Part shown: piece after piece, positions 1 through 9,448 of the stretch | Numbering within the stretch: the stretch's first letter is position 1 | Layout of the letters: each line of letters begins with the position of its first letter | Assembly (NCBI GenBank): GCA_040756035.1 | Contig: JBFLZV010000001.1 | Span: forward strand, 11,892 to 75,891 | From: Pseudomonadota bacterium | GTDB lineage: Bacteria; Pseudomonadota; Gammaproteobacteria; SURF-13 | Length of the DNA stretch: 64,000 bases | Direction: 5' to 3' | Made by a program: the position numbers and the translations under genes | Notes under the pieces: generated by a model | What the model saw: only the letters and a program-made list of their open reading frames with translations | Told to the model about the DNA's origin: nothing | Database searches by the model: none

Positions 1-146
1 CCACCAAGCATATTGTTAAACCTTAACGTATCAAAAGCTGATCCCAAAGCGAAGCTGAAATACCCCAAATATCGGGATTTATTCATTTGCCGCATTTTCC
101 AATCATATAATCGATCTATAAATTCTCGTCAAAGAGAGGTTGGGCC

Positions 147-395
147 ATGAAAAAGTGCAATTTTTGCGGAAATGCCCATGTCGAATTCAAGAAAGTCGAG
201 TACATCTACCGGCGCGACGGCAATTATTTAATTGTTTCGGACGTTCCTTGCGAAGAATGCACTTTTTGTGGTGAGCGTTATTATGAAGCTCAAGTGCTTC
301 GTAAAATTGAGCATGAATTCAACATTCTCCAACGCGCCGATAAGAAACCAGCGAAAACGATTTCTATGCCGATTGAAAAATTCGCGTTGATCTAA
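147..395 (+). CDS. YgiT-type (MqsA N-terminal-like) zinc finger protein
   Basis: CxxC at the N-terminus (KCNFCG) and VPCEECTFCGERYY; GAGAGG RBS upstream. Confidence 0.8.
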   Translation: MKKCNFCGNAHVEFKKVEYIYRRDGNYLIVSDVPCEECTFCGERYYEAQVLRKIEHEFNILQRADKKPAKTISMPIEKFALI

Positions 396-407
396 GAAAC
401 GATTGTC

Positions 408-1181
408 TCAAATCCCCGCGTACCACTCGTAACCCTCATCCTCCCAGTAGCCGCCTTTGCCGCCGGCGATATCGTCAAAACTTTCCACCAGTTCGACGCG
501 CATAAGATACTTGGCGTGCTTGTAGCCGAGCTGGCGTTCCACGCGCAGGCGCAGCGGTGCGCCGTTCTTGATCGGCAGCGGCTGATCGTTTAGTTCGTAG
601 GCCAATATAGTCTGCGGGTGAAGGGCGTCCTCCATGTCGATGCTTTCGTAGTATTTGCGGCCCGCTTCATCCATCGGATCGGCGCAGTAAAATACTACGT
701 AGCGCGCCTCCGGACGCGGACGCACGCGCTCCAGCACCTCGCTCAGTTGCACGCCCTTCCATTTGCCGATGGCGCTCCAGCCCTCCACGCAATCGTGGCG
801 CGTGATCTGGGTGCGCGCGGGCAATGCGCGCAGCTCGGCCAGCGAAAAATTTTCCGGATGCTCGACCAATCCCGTCACTTGCAATTTCCAATCCGCGAAA
901 TTTTGCGCGGCGAGCGTTTGATATTCGCTGTTTTCCGGATCGGACGTGCCGTTGGTGGGAAACACCGGCGAAAGATCGGCCTCGGTGAATTCACGCGCCA
1001 TGGCGTTACGCGATGTTACGAGATGATGTACCTTTTCATTCAATTTTTCCGCGCCGCTCAATAGTTGCGGAAACCATTCGGTACGCGACAACTTATCGCA
1101 ACCGGCGAGCAGCAAGGCGCCGCTCGCCGCGCCCAGCCGCGCGAGAAAATGCCGGCGCGTGATGCTGCCGTCCTTACGCAT
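408..1181 (-). CDS. Tat-exported molybdopterin-dependent oxidoreductase (sulfite oxidase/MsrP-like family)
   Basis: Twin-arginine signal TRRHFL; HDCVEGWS Mo-ligand Cys motif; GAPLRLRVERQLGYKHAKY; GYWEDEGYEWYAGI end; start set at ATG 1181, overlapping the upstream stop. Confidence 0.88.
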   Translation of the reverse strand: MRKDGSITRRHFLARLGAASGALLLAGCDKLSRTEWFPQLLSGAEKLNEKVHHLVTSRNAMAREFTEADLSPVFPTNGTSDPENSEYQTLAAQNFADWKLQVTGLVEHPENFSLAELRALPARTQITRHDCVEGWSAIGKWKGVQLSEVLERVRPRPEARYVVFYCADPMDEAGRKYYESIDMEDALHPQTILAYELNDQPLPIKNGAPLRLRVERQLGYKHAKYLMRVELVESFDDIAGGKGGYWEDEGYEWYAGI

Positions 1182-1992
1182 CTTTAACACCATACCATCC
1201 GGTAACCATCGAACGCAGGTTGTTCCACAATCCGGTAACGATCACCATGAACACATGAATGAGCACGAACGCGACGAACGCAAAGGCGGTAATAAAATGC
1301 ACGGTGCGCGCCGCCTGACGCCCGCCGAAAATTTCCGTCAGCCATGGCAAGGCCGCATTCAGCCACGGCGACATCGCCATGCCGGTGAGTACCGCGAGCG
1401 GGCCTAAAATGAAAATGACAAAGGTATAGCTGAGCTTCTGAAGAACGTTGTACTCGCGCGCCGCCGCGCCGCGCGCGTGTCGAAACAGCAGATGATCGAC
1501 GATGGATTTTCCAATGTTGCGCAAATCTTTCCACCAGGGAATCAGGTCTTTGGAAAGATGGCGGCTGACCAACGCGTAGAGTACAAACAACGCGCCGTTG
1601 ATTACAAACAGCCAAGCAAAAAATAAATGCCAGCGCCGTCCCATGGCCAGCCACTGCGGACCGGGCAGCGTGGCCCACGTCGGAAAACCGCGGCGCAGAA
1701 TATTACCTTCCGCGTCGGTCGATACGCCGAGCACGCCGGTGGTGTTGAATTCGCGCCCCAGAATCGTGGTCACGCCGATCAGCTCGCCGCTGTCCGCACG
1801 CTTGGCTTGCATTGCTAGCAGCGCTTTATCGCGATCGGAACGCTCGCCCCAATACAACGCCGGATGCGCGTTGAAAATTTGCAAGCCGCTCATGAGCAAA
1901 ATGAATAAACACAGCACATTGATCCAATGCGTGAGCCGCACCGGCAGCGTATGGCGATACATCCATGCTGTTTTGTCATCAAGCTCCGGCAT
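1174..1992 (-). CDS. Cytochrome b/b6 domain membrane subunit (partner of the Mo enzyme)
   Basis: VRLTHWIN, GLQIFNAHP, RRWHLFFAW, YNVLQKLSY, RTVHF...IHV heme-His motifs in TM helices; overlaps the downstream gene. Confidence 0.88.
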   Translation of the reverse strand: MPELDDKTAWMYRHTLPVRLTHWINVLCLFILLMSGLQIFNAHPALYWGERSDRDKALLAMQAKRADSGELIGVTTILGREFNTTGVLGVSTDAEGNILRRGFPTWATLPGPQWLAMGRRWHLFFAWLFVINGALFVLYALVSRHLSKDLIPWWKDLRNIGKSIVDHLLFRHARGAAAREYNVLQKLSYTFVIFILGPLAVLTGMAMSPWLNAALPWLTEIFGGRQAARTVHFITAFAFVAFVLIHVFMVIVTGLWNNLRSMVTGWYGVKDA

Positions 1993-2082
1993 TGCCGCGC
2001 CTCATGCCACCCGATGTGTGCACCACCTTACTCCTTTGATTACTCTGCGACAATCCCCGCGCAAGTAGCTACTATAGACAAA

Positions 2083-3603
2083 ATGGCGCCGATGCGAATT
2101 GGTTATTGGATTTTGCCCGCCCTACTATTAGTCAGCGGCTGCGCCGGGCTGCATGTTCCACAAGACGAGCCGCCCGCCGGCGCCGAAGCCGCCGCTTGCG
2201 CGCGATTTTTTGACGGGCTCGATACCACGATTACACAAGCGGACGTGCGCGACGCGCAGGCCGCGCGCATTCCGGGATTCCCCTATCTGCGCGTCAACCG
2301 TTTCTTGGCGAGCTTTGCCGCCGAGCCGCTGAACGACGCGGTTTTTCATGCCTGGGCGGGGCGTATGCGCGCCTTGGCGGAACAGGGGTGGGAAATGGAG
2401 TGGCGCAATTTACCGGAGGCCGCGCAGCGGCGTTTTTATCAAGCAGCCGTTGCGCAAGGCAAGCTGCACGACGGCGATGATATGTTGTCCGCCGTCAGGA
2501 TGTGCGGCGTGTTGTTGCAATACGCACAACTGCAACACGCGCGGGCGCGCGAGCGCTTGCGCGACACGGCGCGCGTGCCGGATGAGTATCGTACCTGGCA
2601 ACGCGTGGCCGGGCTTTATCCGCTCACCGCGCTGGCGTTCGCGGCCGGCATCCACCGCTGGCACGAGGAAACGCGCCGCACTTTTGCGCAGGACTTATCC
2701 GCATTGCCGGTGGCGGGACAACTCGTGCGTTACGCGCCGCCCGCGCGGCCCGCGCTCACCACCCAAGAAGTGGCGGAAATTCTGCAACGCTCGGCGCGCA
2801 ACCCGTTGCGCATTCCCGAACCCGATGCCGTGGATCGCGAGCGATTGTTCGCCGCGTTCGCGCCGAGCTTCGTGGTGGATGTCGCCACCGAGGCCGATCG
2901 CATCGGCACACCGCGCTGGACGACATCCGACTATCCCGTCATCGACACGCGGCAGCCCATTGTTTACCGGCAACTCTCGCACGCACGCTATCAAGACCGG
3001 GTACTGCTGCAACTCAACTACATTATCTGGTTCCCCGCGCGTCCGCGCAGCGGCGCGCTGGATTTGCTGGGCGGCCACATCGATGGTCTCACTTGGCGCG
3101 TGACTTTGACGCCCGATGGACGGCCGTGGGTCTATGACGCCATGCACAACTGCGGCTGTTATCATTTATTTTTCCCCACGGCGCGCGCCGCGATGCGCGC
3201 ACAGCCCGCGACGCTGGAAGAAACGGCGTTCGCGCCGCAACATGCGCCGCAACCAACGGCGCCCGGCGGTTTGACGCTGCGCGTGGCGCACACCACGCAT
3301 TATCTTCAGCGCATTATGGAACATCCCGCGGAAACCGCACAGACCATGCACTATCAATGGGACGATTACGACAGCCTGCGTGCACTACCCGCGCGGCGCG
3401 GCGCGAGGCGCAGCCTGTTTCGCAGCGACGGCATCGTGCCGGGCACCGACCGGTTGGAGCGAATCCTGTTTTGGCCCATGGGCATCCCGCACCCCGGCGC
3501 GATGCGCCAATGGGGTCGCCACGCCACAGCCTTCGTCGGCAGACGTCACTTTGACGACCCCGGTCTGCTGGAGAAAAATTTCGAACTAGAACCGATCCGA
3601 TAA
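2083..3603 (+). CDS. Hypothetical lipoprotein
   Basis: Lipobox LVSGC after a hydrophobic stretch; long ORF with HNCGCYH and GRHATAFVGRRHFDD motifs; start 2083 or 2092. Confidence 0.75.
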   Translation: MAPMRIGYWILPALLLVSGCAGLHVPQDEPPAGAEAAACARFFDGLDTTITQADVRDAQAARIPGFPYLRVNRFLASFAAEPLNDAVFHAWAGRMRALAEQGWEMEWRNLPEAAQRRFYQAAVAQGKLHDGDDMLSAVRMCGVLLQYAQLQHARARERLRDTARVPDEYRTWQRVAGLYPLTALAFAAGIHRWHEETRRTFAQDLSALPVAGQLVRYAPPARPALTTQEVAEILQRSARNPLRIPEPDAVDRERLFAAFAPSFVVDVATEADRIGTPRWTTSDYPVIDTRQPIVYRQLSHARYQDRVLLQLNYIIWFPARPRSGALDLLGGHIDGLTWRVTLTPDGRPWVYDAMHNCGCYHLFFPTARAAMRAQPATLEETAFAPQHAPQPTAPGGLTLRVAHTTHYLQRIMEHPAETAQTMHYQWDDYDSLRALPARRGARRSLFRSDGIVPGTDRLERILFWPMGIPHPGAMRQWGRHATAFVGRRHFDDPGLLEKNFELEPIR

Positions 3604-3624
3604 CCGCCCACCCATTGGATCGAC

Positions 3625-3771
3625 CTACCAGGAATGATCTCCGCAACTATGCTGTCCATCTTGGTGACTGAACGTATTCACGCACGGCGAACCGCACTTT
3701 GGACACACGGCGCTGCAAGCGCCCACAACCACGTGCATCACTCGATGGATAATCTCGATCATCTTGCTCAT
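3625..3771 (-). CDS. Small Cys/His-rich peptide (48 aa), putative metal-binding; not in the ORF track
   Basis: Manual translation MSKMIEIIHRVMHVVVGACSAVCPKCGSPCVNTFSHQDGQHSCGDHSW*; GGAGGT Shine-Dalgarno 5 nt upstream of the ATG; fills the gap downstream of modA. Confidence 0.65.
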   Translation of the reverse strand: MSKMIEIIHRVMHVVVGACSAVCPKCGSPCVNTFSHQDGQHSCGDHSW

Positions 3772-3798
3772 TGCACACCTCCGTTATTGAGGATCGAT

Positions 3799-4569
3799 TT
3801 ATTCACTATAATCCAATTCGCTTGCCGCCATATAACCTCTTTGCCGAACAAGCGCGCGCGCTTCGTTGCTTTCAAGATAAGAGAACAAGGCGCGCGCCGC
3901 GGGTTTATCGGCGGCGCGAGTGAGCAGCACCGCTTGCTGATCGATCGGCTCATACAATTCCTGCGGCACGATCCAATAATTATTTCTTTGAGGCTCGGAC
4001 AGACTTATAACCTGCGCAAGCGCGACGAAGCCCAACTCGGCGTTGCCGCTCGCCACGAATTGAAAAGTTTGCCCAACATCCTCGCCCTGCACCAAGCGCG
4101 CCTGCATGGCATTCCACAAATTTAATTTCCGCAACACCTGCCGCGCGGCTTTTCCGTAAGGCGCGATGTCGGGATTGGCGATGGCGAGATGGCGGAAATT
4201 TCCGCTGTTCAGCAACGTCTGCGGTTCCAGCGCGCCCGGCTGCGCACCCCACAACACCAGCCGACCGACGGCGTAGGTGAAGCGGCTGCCTTGGACGGCT
4301 AATCCTTGCGCCTCCAATAGACGCGGGTGTTCGGCGTCGGCGGCGAGCAGAACATCGAACGGCGCGCCTTGCTTGATTTGCGTGACCAGCTTGCCGGTGG
4401 AGCCGGAGATGAGGTGGACACGGTGACCGCTGTCCATTTCAAACCGTTGGGTGAGGATGCGCGCGGTGGCGAGAAAATTAGTGGCGACGGCGACGTTGAT
4501 TTCGGCGGCATGCGCAGCCAGTGAAGCCGCGCACAGGGATAACCACAATATATATCGGCTTAGCAGCAT
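3799..4569 (-). CDS. modA: Molybdate ABC transporter substrate-binding protein
   Basis: VAVATNF, GSTGKL..QI.QGAPFDV, YAVGRLVLW, AIANP..APYG motifs; signal peptide from ATG 4569. Confidence 0.92.
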   Translation of the reverse strand: MLLSRYILWLSLCAASLAAHAAEINVAVATNFLATARILTQRFEMDSGHRVHLISGSTGKLVTQIKQGAPFDVLLAADAEHPRLLEAQGLAVQGSRFTYAVGRLVLWGAQPGALEPQTLLNSGNFRHLAIANPDIAPYGKAARQVLRKLNLWNAMQARLVQGEDVGQTFQFVASGNAELGFVALAQVISLSEPQRNNYWIVPQELYEPIDQQAVLLTRAADKPAARALFSYLESNEARALVRQRGYMAASELDYSE

Positions 4570-4597
4570 GATGGCGCTACCGGGTTTAACCATGCGG

Positions 4598-4672
4598 GAA
4601 GTAGGTCGGATCAAGCGCAGCGGATCCGACGGCTTGTCGGTTCCGCACTGCGTGCTTGAACCGACCTACTTC
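4598..4672. repeat. GTAG-type REP doublet (REPIN-like inverted pair)
   Basis: GAAGTAGGTCGGATCAAGCGCAGCGGATCCGAC ... GTCGGTTCCGCACTGCGTGCTTGAACCGACCTACTTC: two inverted GTAG-initiated palindromes between argF and modA. Confidence 0.8.
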
Positions 4673-4679
4673 TCACATT

Positions 4680-5585
4680 TCAAACATTGAGCAGCAACTC
4701 GAGCAGCGCCTTCTGCGCGTGCAGGCGGTTTTCCGCCTCGTCCCACACCACGCTTTGCGGGCCGTCGATGACCGCGGCGCTCACTTCCTCGCCGCGGTGC
4801 GCGGGCAGACAGTGCATGAACAGGGCGTCGGGTTTGGCGCGTTCCATAACGCGCGGCGTGACTTGATAATCGGCGAAGTCGCGCGCGCGGCCCGCGTGCT
4901 CGTGCTCCTGCCCCATGCTGGCCCACACGTCGGTGACCACGAGGTCGGCGTCGTAGGCCGCCTCAAACGGATCGCGCATCAGCACGGCGTGGCCGGCGGC
5001 GTCCTTGATGAGGGCGTGATCGGGATCGTAGCCGAGCGGCGCGGCGATATGCAGATAAAAACCGAATAGGCGCGCGGCCTCGATGTAGGAATTGCACATA
5101 TTGTTACCGTCGCCGATCCAGGCGACGGTTCTGCCTTTGATGCTGCCGCGATGCTCGATGTAAGTTTGCATATCGGCCAGCAATTGACAGGGGTGATATT
5201 TGTCGGTGAGCGCGTTGATCACCGGCACGCGCGAATACTCCGCGAATTGTTCGAGCTTTTCATGCTCGAAGGTGCGCACCACAATGACGTCGACCATGCG
5301 CGACAGCACGCGCGCGGTGTCGGCGACCGGTTCACCGCGGCCCAGTTGCGAATCCTGCGGCGCGAGAAAAATCGCCGCGCCGCCGAATTGCGTCATGGCG
5401 CTTTCGAACGAGACGCGCGTGCGCGTGGAGGATTTCTCGAACACCATGGCCAGCGTTTTGTTTTTGAGCGGCTCGTGACACACGCCGTCGCGCTGCATGG
5501 CCTTGAGGCGGATGGCGCGCTGCATGAGAGCGTGCAGCTCATCGCCGCTCAAGTCCGCGAGTCTTAGAAAATGGCGTACCGGCAT
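4680..5585 (-). CDS. argF: Ornithine carbamoyltransferase
   Basis: [40 protein letters not shown] motifs. Confidence 0.97.
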   Translation of the reverse strand: MPVRHFLRLADLSGDELHALMQRAIRLKAMQRDGVCHEPLKNKTLAMVFEKSSTRTRVSFESAMTQFGGAAIFLAPQDSQLGRGEPVADTARVLSRMVDVIVVRTFEHEKLEQFAEYSRVPVINALTDKYHPCQLLADMQTYIEHRGSIKGRTVAWIGDGNNMCNSYIEAARLFGFYLHIAAPLGYDPDHALIKDAAGHAVLMRDPFEAAYDADLVVTDVWASMGQEHEHAGRARDFADYQVTPRVMERAKPDALFMHCLPAHRGEEVSAAVIDGPQSVVWDEAENRLHAQKALLELLLNV

Positions 5586-5596
5586 GGATGTAAAAC

Positions 5597-6775
5597 TTAC
5601 GCCGCTTGAGCGAAGTCGCGCACCAGCGCGCTCACGCCGTCGACGATTTGATCGGCCTCGGCGTCGCTGATGACGAGCGGCGGCAGCAAGCGCACCACGC
5701 GTTCCGCCGTCACGTTGATGAGCAACCCTTGCGCAAGCGCCTGACTAACCAATTCCGCGCACGGGCGATCGAGTTCGATGCCGATCATCAAGCCCTTGCC
5801 GCGCACTTGGCGCACCTGCCGCTGATCGGACAGAGTGCGCGCAAAACCGTCCAGCATACGCTCGCCGAGCCGCGCGGCGCGCTGCGCGAGATGTTCTTTT
5901 TCCAGCGTGCGCACCACGGCCAACGCCGCCCCGCACACCAGCGGATTACCGCCGAAGGTGGTGGCGTGACTGCCGGGCTTGAAGACCTCGGCCGCCGCGC
6001 CGCGCGCCAGGCATGCGCCGATCGGCACGCCGTTGCCGAGGCTTTTCGCGAGTGTGATGACGTCGGGCCGCGCGGAGCCGTGCTGGAAGGCGAACCACTC
6101 GCCGGTGCGGCACATGCCGGTTTGAATTTCGTCGAGCATCATCAGCCAACCGTGCGCGTCGCACAGCGCGCGCACGCCGGCGAGATAATTTTCATCCGGG
6201 ATATTGATGCCGCCCTCGCCCTGGATGGGTTCGATGAGCACGGCCACCACGTTGGGCGTGTTGTTGGCGACGATGCGCAGCGCCTCGAGGTCGTTGTAGG
6301 CGACGCGCACGAAACCTTGCACCAGCGGATCGAATCCGGCTTGCACGCGGCGGTTGCCGGTGGCGGTGAGCGTGGCCAGCGTGCGCCCATGGAAACTGTT
6401 TTCTGCGACGACGATGGTGGGCACGCCGACGCCTTTGTTGTGGCCGTATAGGCGCGCGAGCTTGATGGCCGCCTCGTTGGCCTCCGCGCCGGAGTTGCAG
6501 AAGAACACCTTGTCCATGCCGGACAGGCGCGTCAGTTCCGCGCCCAATTCTTCCTGCTTGGCGATATGATAAATATTCGAGGTGTGCACGAGACGCGCGG
6601 CTTGCGCGCACAGCGCCTCCGTCACCGCCGGGTGCGCGTGGCCCAGGCCGCACACGGCGACGCCGCTCAGCGCGTCGAGATATTTACGTCCCTGCGTGTC
6701 CCACAGCCAGGCGCCCGCGCCGCGCTCGAACGTCACGGGCAGGCGGTTATGCGTGGACATGAGTGCATGCGGCAT
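5597..6775 (-). CDS. argD: Acetylornithine aminotransferase (class III PLP)
   Basis: [39 protein letters not shown]; directly upstream of argF. Confidence 0.93.
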   Translation of the reverse strand: MPHALMSTHNRLPVTFERGAGAWLWDTQGRKYLDALSGVAVCGLGHAHPAVTEALCAQAARLVHTSNIYHIAKQEELGAELTRLSGMDKVFFCNSGAEANEAAIKLARLYGHNKGVGVPTIVVAENSFHGRTLATLTATGNRRVQAGFDPLVQGFVRVAYNDLEALRIVANNTPNVVAVLIEPIQGEGGINIPDENYLAGVRALCDAHGWLMMLDEIQTGMCRTGEWFAFQHGSARPDVITLAKSLGNGVPIGACLARGAAAEVFKPGSHATTFGGNPLVCGAALAVVRTLEKEHLAQRAARLGERMLDGFARTLSDQRQVRQVRGKGLMIGIELDRPCAELVSQALAQGLLINVTAERVVRLLPPLVISDAEADQIVDGVSALVRDFAQAA

Positions 6776-6856
6776 AGGCGTATCAAAAACGATTATTCAA
6801 AAACAAAAAGGCAGCCCTGTTACGGAGCCGCCGATGGTAAAACAAATATTATACTA

Positions 6857-6893
6857 CAAAAGCCGAGGGACGAAATCCGCCTCTCGGCTTTTG
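6857..6893. terminator. Rho-independent terminator after the PuuD-like gene
   Basis: CAAAAGCCGAG...CTCGGCTTTTG inverted repeat with A/T tracts on both sides. Confidence 0.7.
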
Positions 6894-6899
6894 ATTTTC

Positions 6900-7397
6900 T
6901 TAAGAAAACAGCGCCATGCCGTGGCTGGACGCGCCCATGAACAGCAGCATGGGTATCGACAACACGGTGTTCACGCGCGAGGCGAGAAACGCCGTGCGCC
7001 GCGCCTTGGCCTTGGCGGCGTCATCGGCCGGTTTCAGCCCCAGCACTTTTTTCTGATTGGGCCAGATGACGCCCCACACGTTCAACAGCATGATGGTGCC
7101 TAGCCAGGCGCCCATGCCGATGATGGCGTCTTGCCCTTGCAAGGCGAAGGCCGAACCGAAGCGCTCGCCCAGCAGCGCCGCGCCCGCCAGCCACGTCACC
7201 AGCGCCGCCCAGCGGAACCACAGCAGCGCGCGGGGCAGCACATACTTGGTAATGCCCGCGCCGCCCGGCCCGCCCTGATCGGCATTGGCCGCGGCCATCG
7301 CCGGGGCTTGCACCAGATTGAAATAATACAGCAGGCCGATCCAGGTGATGCCCGCCAAAAAATGCACCCAACGTTCAACCAGCGATAACCATTCCAT
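6900..7397 (-). CDS. PuuD/urate-hydroxylase N-terminal-like integral membrane protein
   Basis: RWVHFLAGITWIGLLYYFN, LLWFRWAA, NVWGVIWPNQKK, SRVNTVLSIPML motifs; AGGAG RBS. Confidence 0.8.
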   Translation of the reverse strand: MEWLSLVERWVHFLAGITWIGLLYYFNLVQAPAMAAANADQGGPGGAGITKYVLPRALLWFRWAALVTWLAGAALLGERFGSAFALQGQDAIIGMGAWLGTIMLLNVWGVIWPNQKKVLGLKPADDAAKAKARRTAFLASRVNTVLSIPMLLFMGASSHGMALFS

Positions 7398-7422
7398 TTT
7401 ATTCTCCTTATATTCTTTAAGG

Positions 7423-7515
7423 TTAAACGAGGCCGGCTACGACAACCGCCAGCACGGCGGTCAGCACCAGTCCTGATATAATAGTGCCCCAGATCGAATC
7501 GAGCGGATTTTTCAT
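7423..7515 (-). CDS. Small single-TM protein (30 aa) upstream of the PuuD-like gene
   Basis: MKNPLDSIWGTIISGLVLTAVLAVVVAGLV*; GGAGG RBS at 7525-7529. Confidence 0.6.
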   Translation of the reverse strand: MKNPLDSIWGTIISGLVLTAVLAVVVAGLV

Positions 7516-7624
7516 TTTTTCCATCCTCCCTTGTTGTGGATAGAGCACGAATTGAACCCCATCGGGCCTGTAAAGATAAAGCACCCCTCGCGCCAATGCA
7601 ATAGAGGCGCGCCCCCATTCTCCC

Positions 7625-9400
7625 ATGTGCGGTATTAGCGGCGAACTACGTTTCAATGGGCAAACGCCCGATCAGGACGCGGTCGCGCGCATGACCGCGG
7701 CCTTGGCGCGGCGCGGGCCGGACGGCGCCGGCGGCTACCGCGACGGCGCGCTGGCCTTCGGGCATCGGCGGCTGGCGGTGATCGACCTGTCGGAGCGCTC
7801 CGCGCAACCCATGCACGACGCCGAACTCGGCCTCGCCATCGTATTCAACGGCACGATCTACAATTACCGTGCATTGCGCGCCGAACTGCAAGCGCGCGGC
7901 TACCGCTTTTTTTCCGAGGGCGACACCGAAGTCATACTCAAAGCCTACGCCGCGTGGGGCGAGCAGTGCGTGGAACGCCTGCACGGCATGTTCGCGTTCG
8001 CCATTTGGGACGGTAAAAAACAAACGCTGTTTCTGGCGCGCGACCGCTTAGGCATCAAGCCGCTGTACTACACGCACACCCAGGATTATTTACGCTTCGC
8101 CTCCACCACGCAGGCGCTGCTCGCGGCGGGCGGCGTGGACACGCGCATCGACCCGGTCGCGCTGCATCATCATTTAACCTTGCACGCTGTGACGCCCGCG
8201 CCGCGCACGATTTTACAGGGCGTGCGCAAGCTCGCGCCCGCCACCACCATGACCGTCACCGCGCAAGGCGCCATCAGCACGCGCCGCTATTGGGAATTAA
8301 AGGCGCAACGTCCGGCGCAGCCGAAAACCGAACAGGAGTGGACCGACGCCGTGCACGAAAAACTGTGCGCGGCGGTGGAAAAACGCCGCACGGTGGCCGA
8401 CGTGCCGGTCGGCGTATTGTTGTCCGGCGGACTCGATTCGAGTTTGATCGTGGCGCTGCTCGCCGAGGCCGGACAAAAAAATCTGCTCACCTTTTCCGTC
8501 GGCTTCGAAGACGCGCCGGAGGAACGCGGCAGCGAATTCGAATATTCCGATCAAGTCGCGGCGCGCTACGCCACGCAGCATCACCGCTTTATCGTGCCCA
8601 ACAGCGAAGTGCTGCCGCGCCTGCACGAGGCCGTGGAAAACATGGCCGAGCCGATGGTGGCGCAAGACGCCGTGGCGTTTTATCTGCTCGCCGAACGTGT
8701 AGCGAAAGAAGTGAAAGTGGTGCAAAGCGGCCAGGGCGCGGATGAAGTGTTCGGCGGTTATTTCTGGTATCCGCTCATGCAGCGCGAAACGGGCAGCGAC
8801 TTGGAACGCTTTCGCAAACATTATTTCGATCGCAGTCACGCGGAATTTTTAGAAGCTGTGCAGCCGTCCTATCACGGCGCGGATCACACGTCGCAACTCA
8901 TCGAAGAACTGCTCGCCGCGCCCGGCGCCGACACCTTCATGGACCGCGTGCTGCGCCTGGACGTCACCACACTCATCGTCGACGACCCCGTCAAGCGCGT
9001 GGACAACATGACCATGGCCTGGGGCCTGGAGGCGCGCGTGCCGTTCCTCGACCATCAATTGGTAGAATTGGCCGCGCAAATGCCGCCCGAATTGAAGCTA
9101 AACAGCGGCGGCAAACACGTATTGAAACGCATCGCGCGCGGCCTGCTGCCCGACGCCGTGATCGACCGTCCCAAGGGCTACTTTCCCATGCCCGCGCTGA
9201 AATACGTGCGCGGCGAATTCCTGAGCTTCATGCGCGAGGTGTTGAATTCCGAAGCCTGCCGTCAGCGCGGCCTGCTGCGGCGCCCCTATGTCGAAAAACT
9301 ACTCGCCGCCCCGGAACAGCATATGACGCCGCTCAACGGCAGCAAGCTGTGGCATCTGGCGCTGCTGGAATATTGGTTGCAATTGAATACAGGCGCTTGA
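7625..9400 (+). CDS. Asparagine synthase-family glutamine amidotransferase (N-acetylglutaminylglutamine amidotransferase-like)
   Basis: Ntn N-terminus MCGI, HRRL, LLSGGLDSS, SGQGADEVFGGY, DDPVKRVDNMTMAWGLEARVPFLD. Confidence 0.9.
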   Translation: MCGISGELRFNGQTPDQDAVARMTAALARRGPDGAGGYRDGALAFGHRRLAVIDLSERSAQPMHDAELGLAIVFNGTIYNYRALRAELQARGYRFFSEGDTEVILKAYAAWGEQCVERLHGMFAFAIWDGKKQTLFLARDRLGIKPLYYTHTQDYLRFASTTQALLAAGGVDTRIDPVALHHHLTLHAVTPAPRTILQGVRKLAPATTMTVTAQGAISTRRYWELKAQRPAQPKTEQEWTDAVHEKLCAAVEKRRTVADVPVGVLLSGGLDSSLIVALLAEAGQKNLLTFSVGFEDAPEERGSEFEYSDQVAARYATQHHRFIVPNSEVLPRLHEAVENMAEPMVAQDAVAFYLLAERVAKEVKVVQSGQGADEVFGGYFWYPLMQRETGSDLERFRKHYFDRSHAEFLEAVQPSYHGADHTSQLIEELLAAPGADTFMDRVLRLDVTTLIVDDPVKRVDNMTMAWGLEARVPFLDHQLVELAAQMPPELKLNSGGKHVLKRIARGLLPDAVIDRPKGYFPMPALKYVRGEFLSFMREVLNSEACRQRGLLRRPYVEKLLAAPEQHMTPLNGSKLWHLALLEYWLQLNTGA

Positions 9401-9448
9401 TCGTTCATGAGCCGGCGGCCTTCTACGGCGGATGACCGCAATCAACCC

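Noticed and set aside
1-150. Open frame 1 ending in an ATGA overlap with the YgiT-type gene (possible toxin partner)
   Set aside because: The translation (PPSILLNLNVSKADPK...) shows no DUF4258/toxin motif I recognise and is cut by the window edge; not supportable.
1927-2082. N-terminal extension of the 558-aa ORF
   Set aside because: Overlaps the divergent cytochrome b gene; the lipoprotein signal indicates a start at 2083 or 2092.
4680-6775. Link between argD/argF (ornithine supply) and olsBA
   Set aside because: More than 20 kb apart with unrelated genes between and no shared regulatory motif seen.
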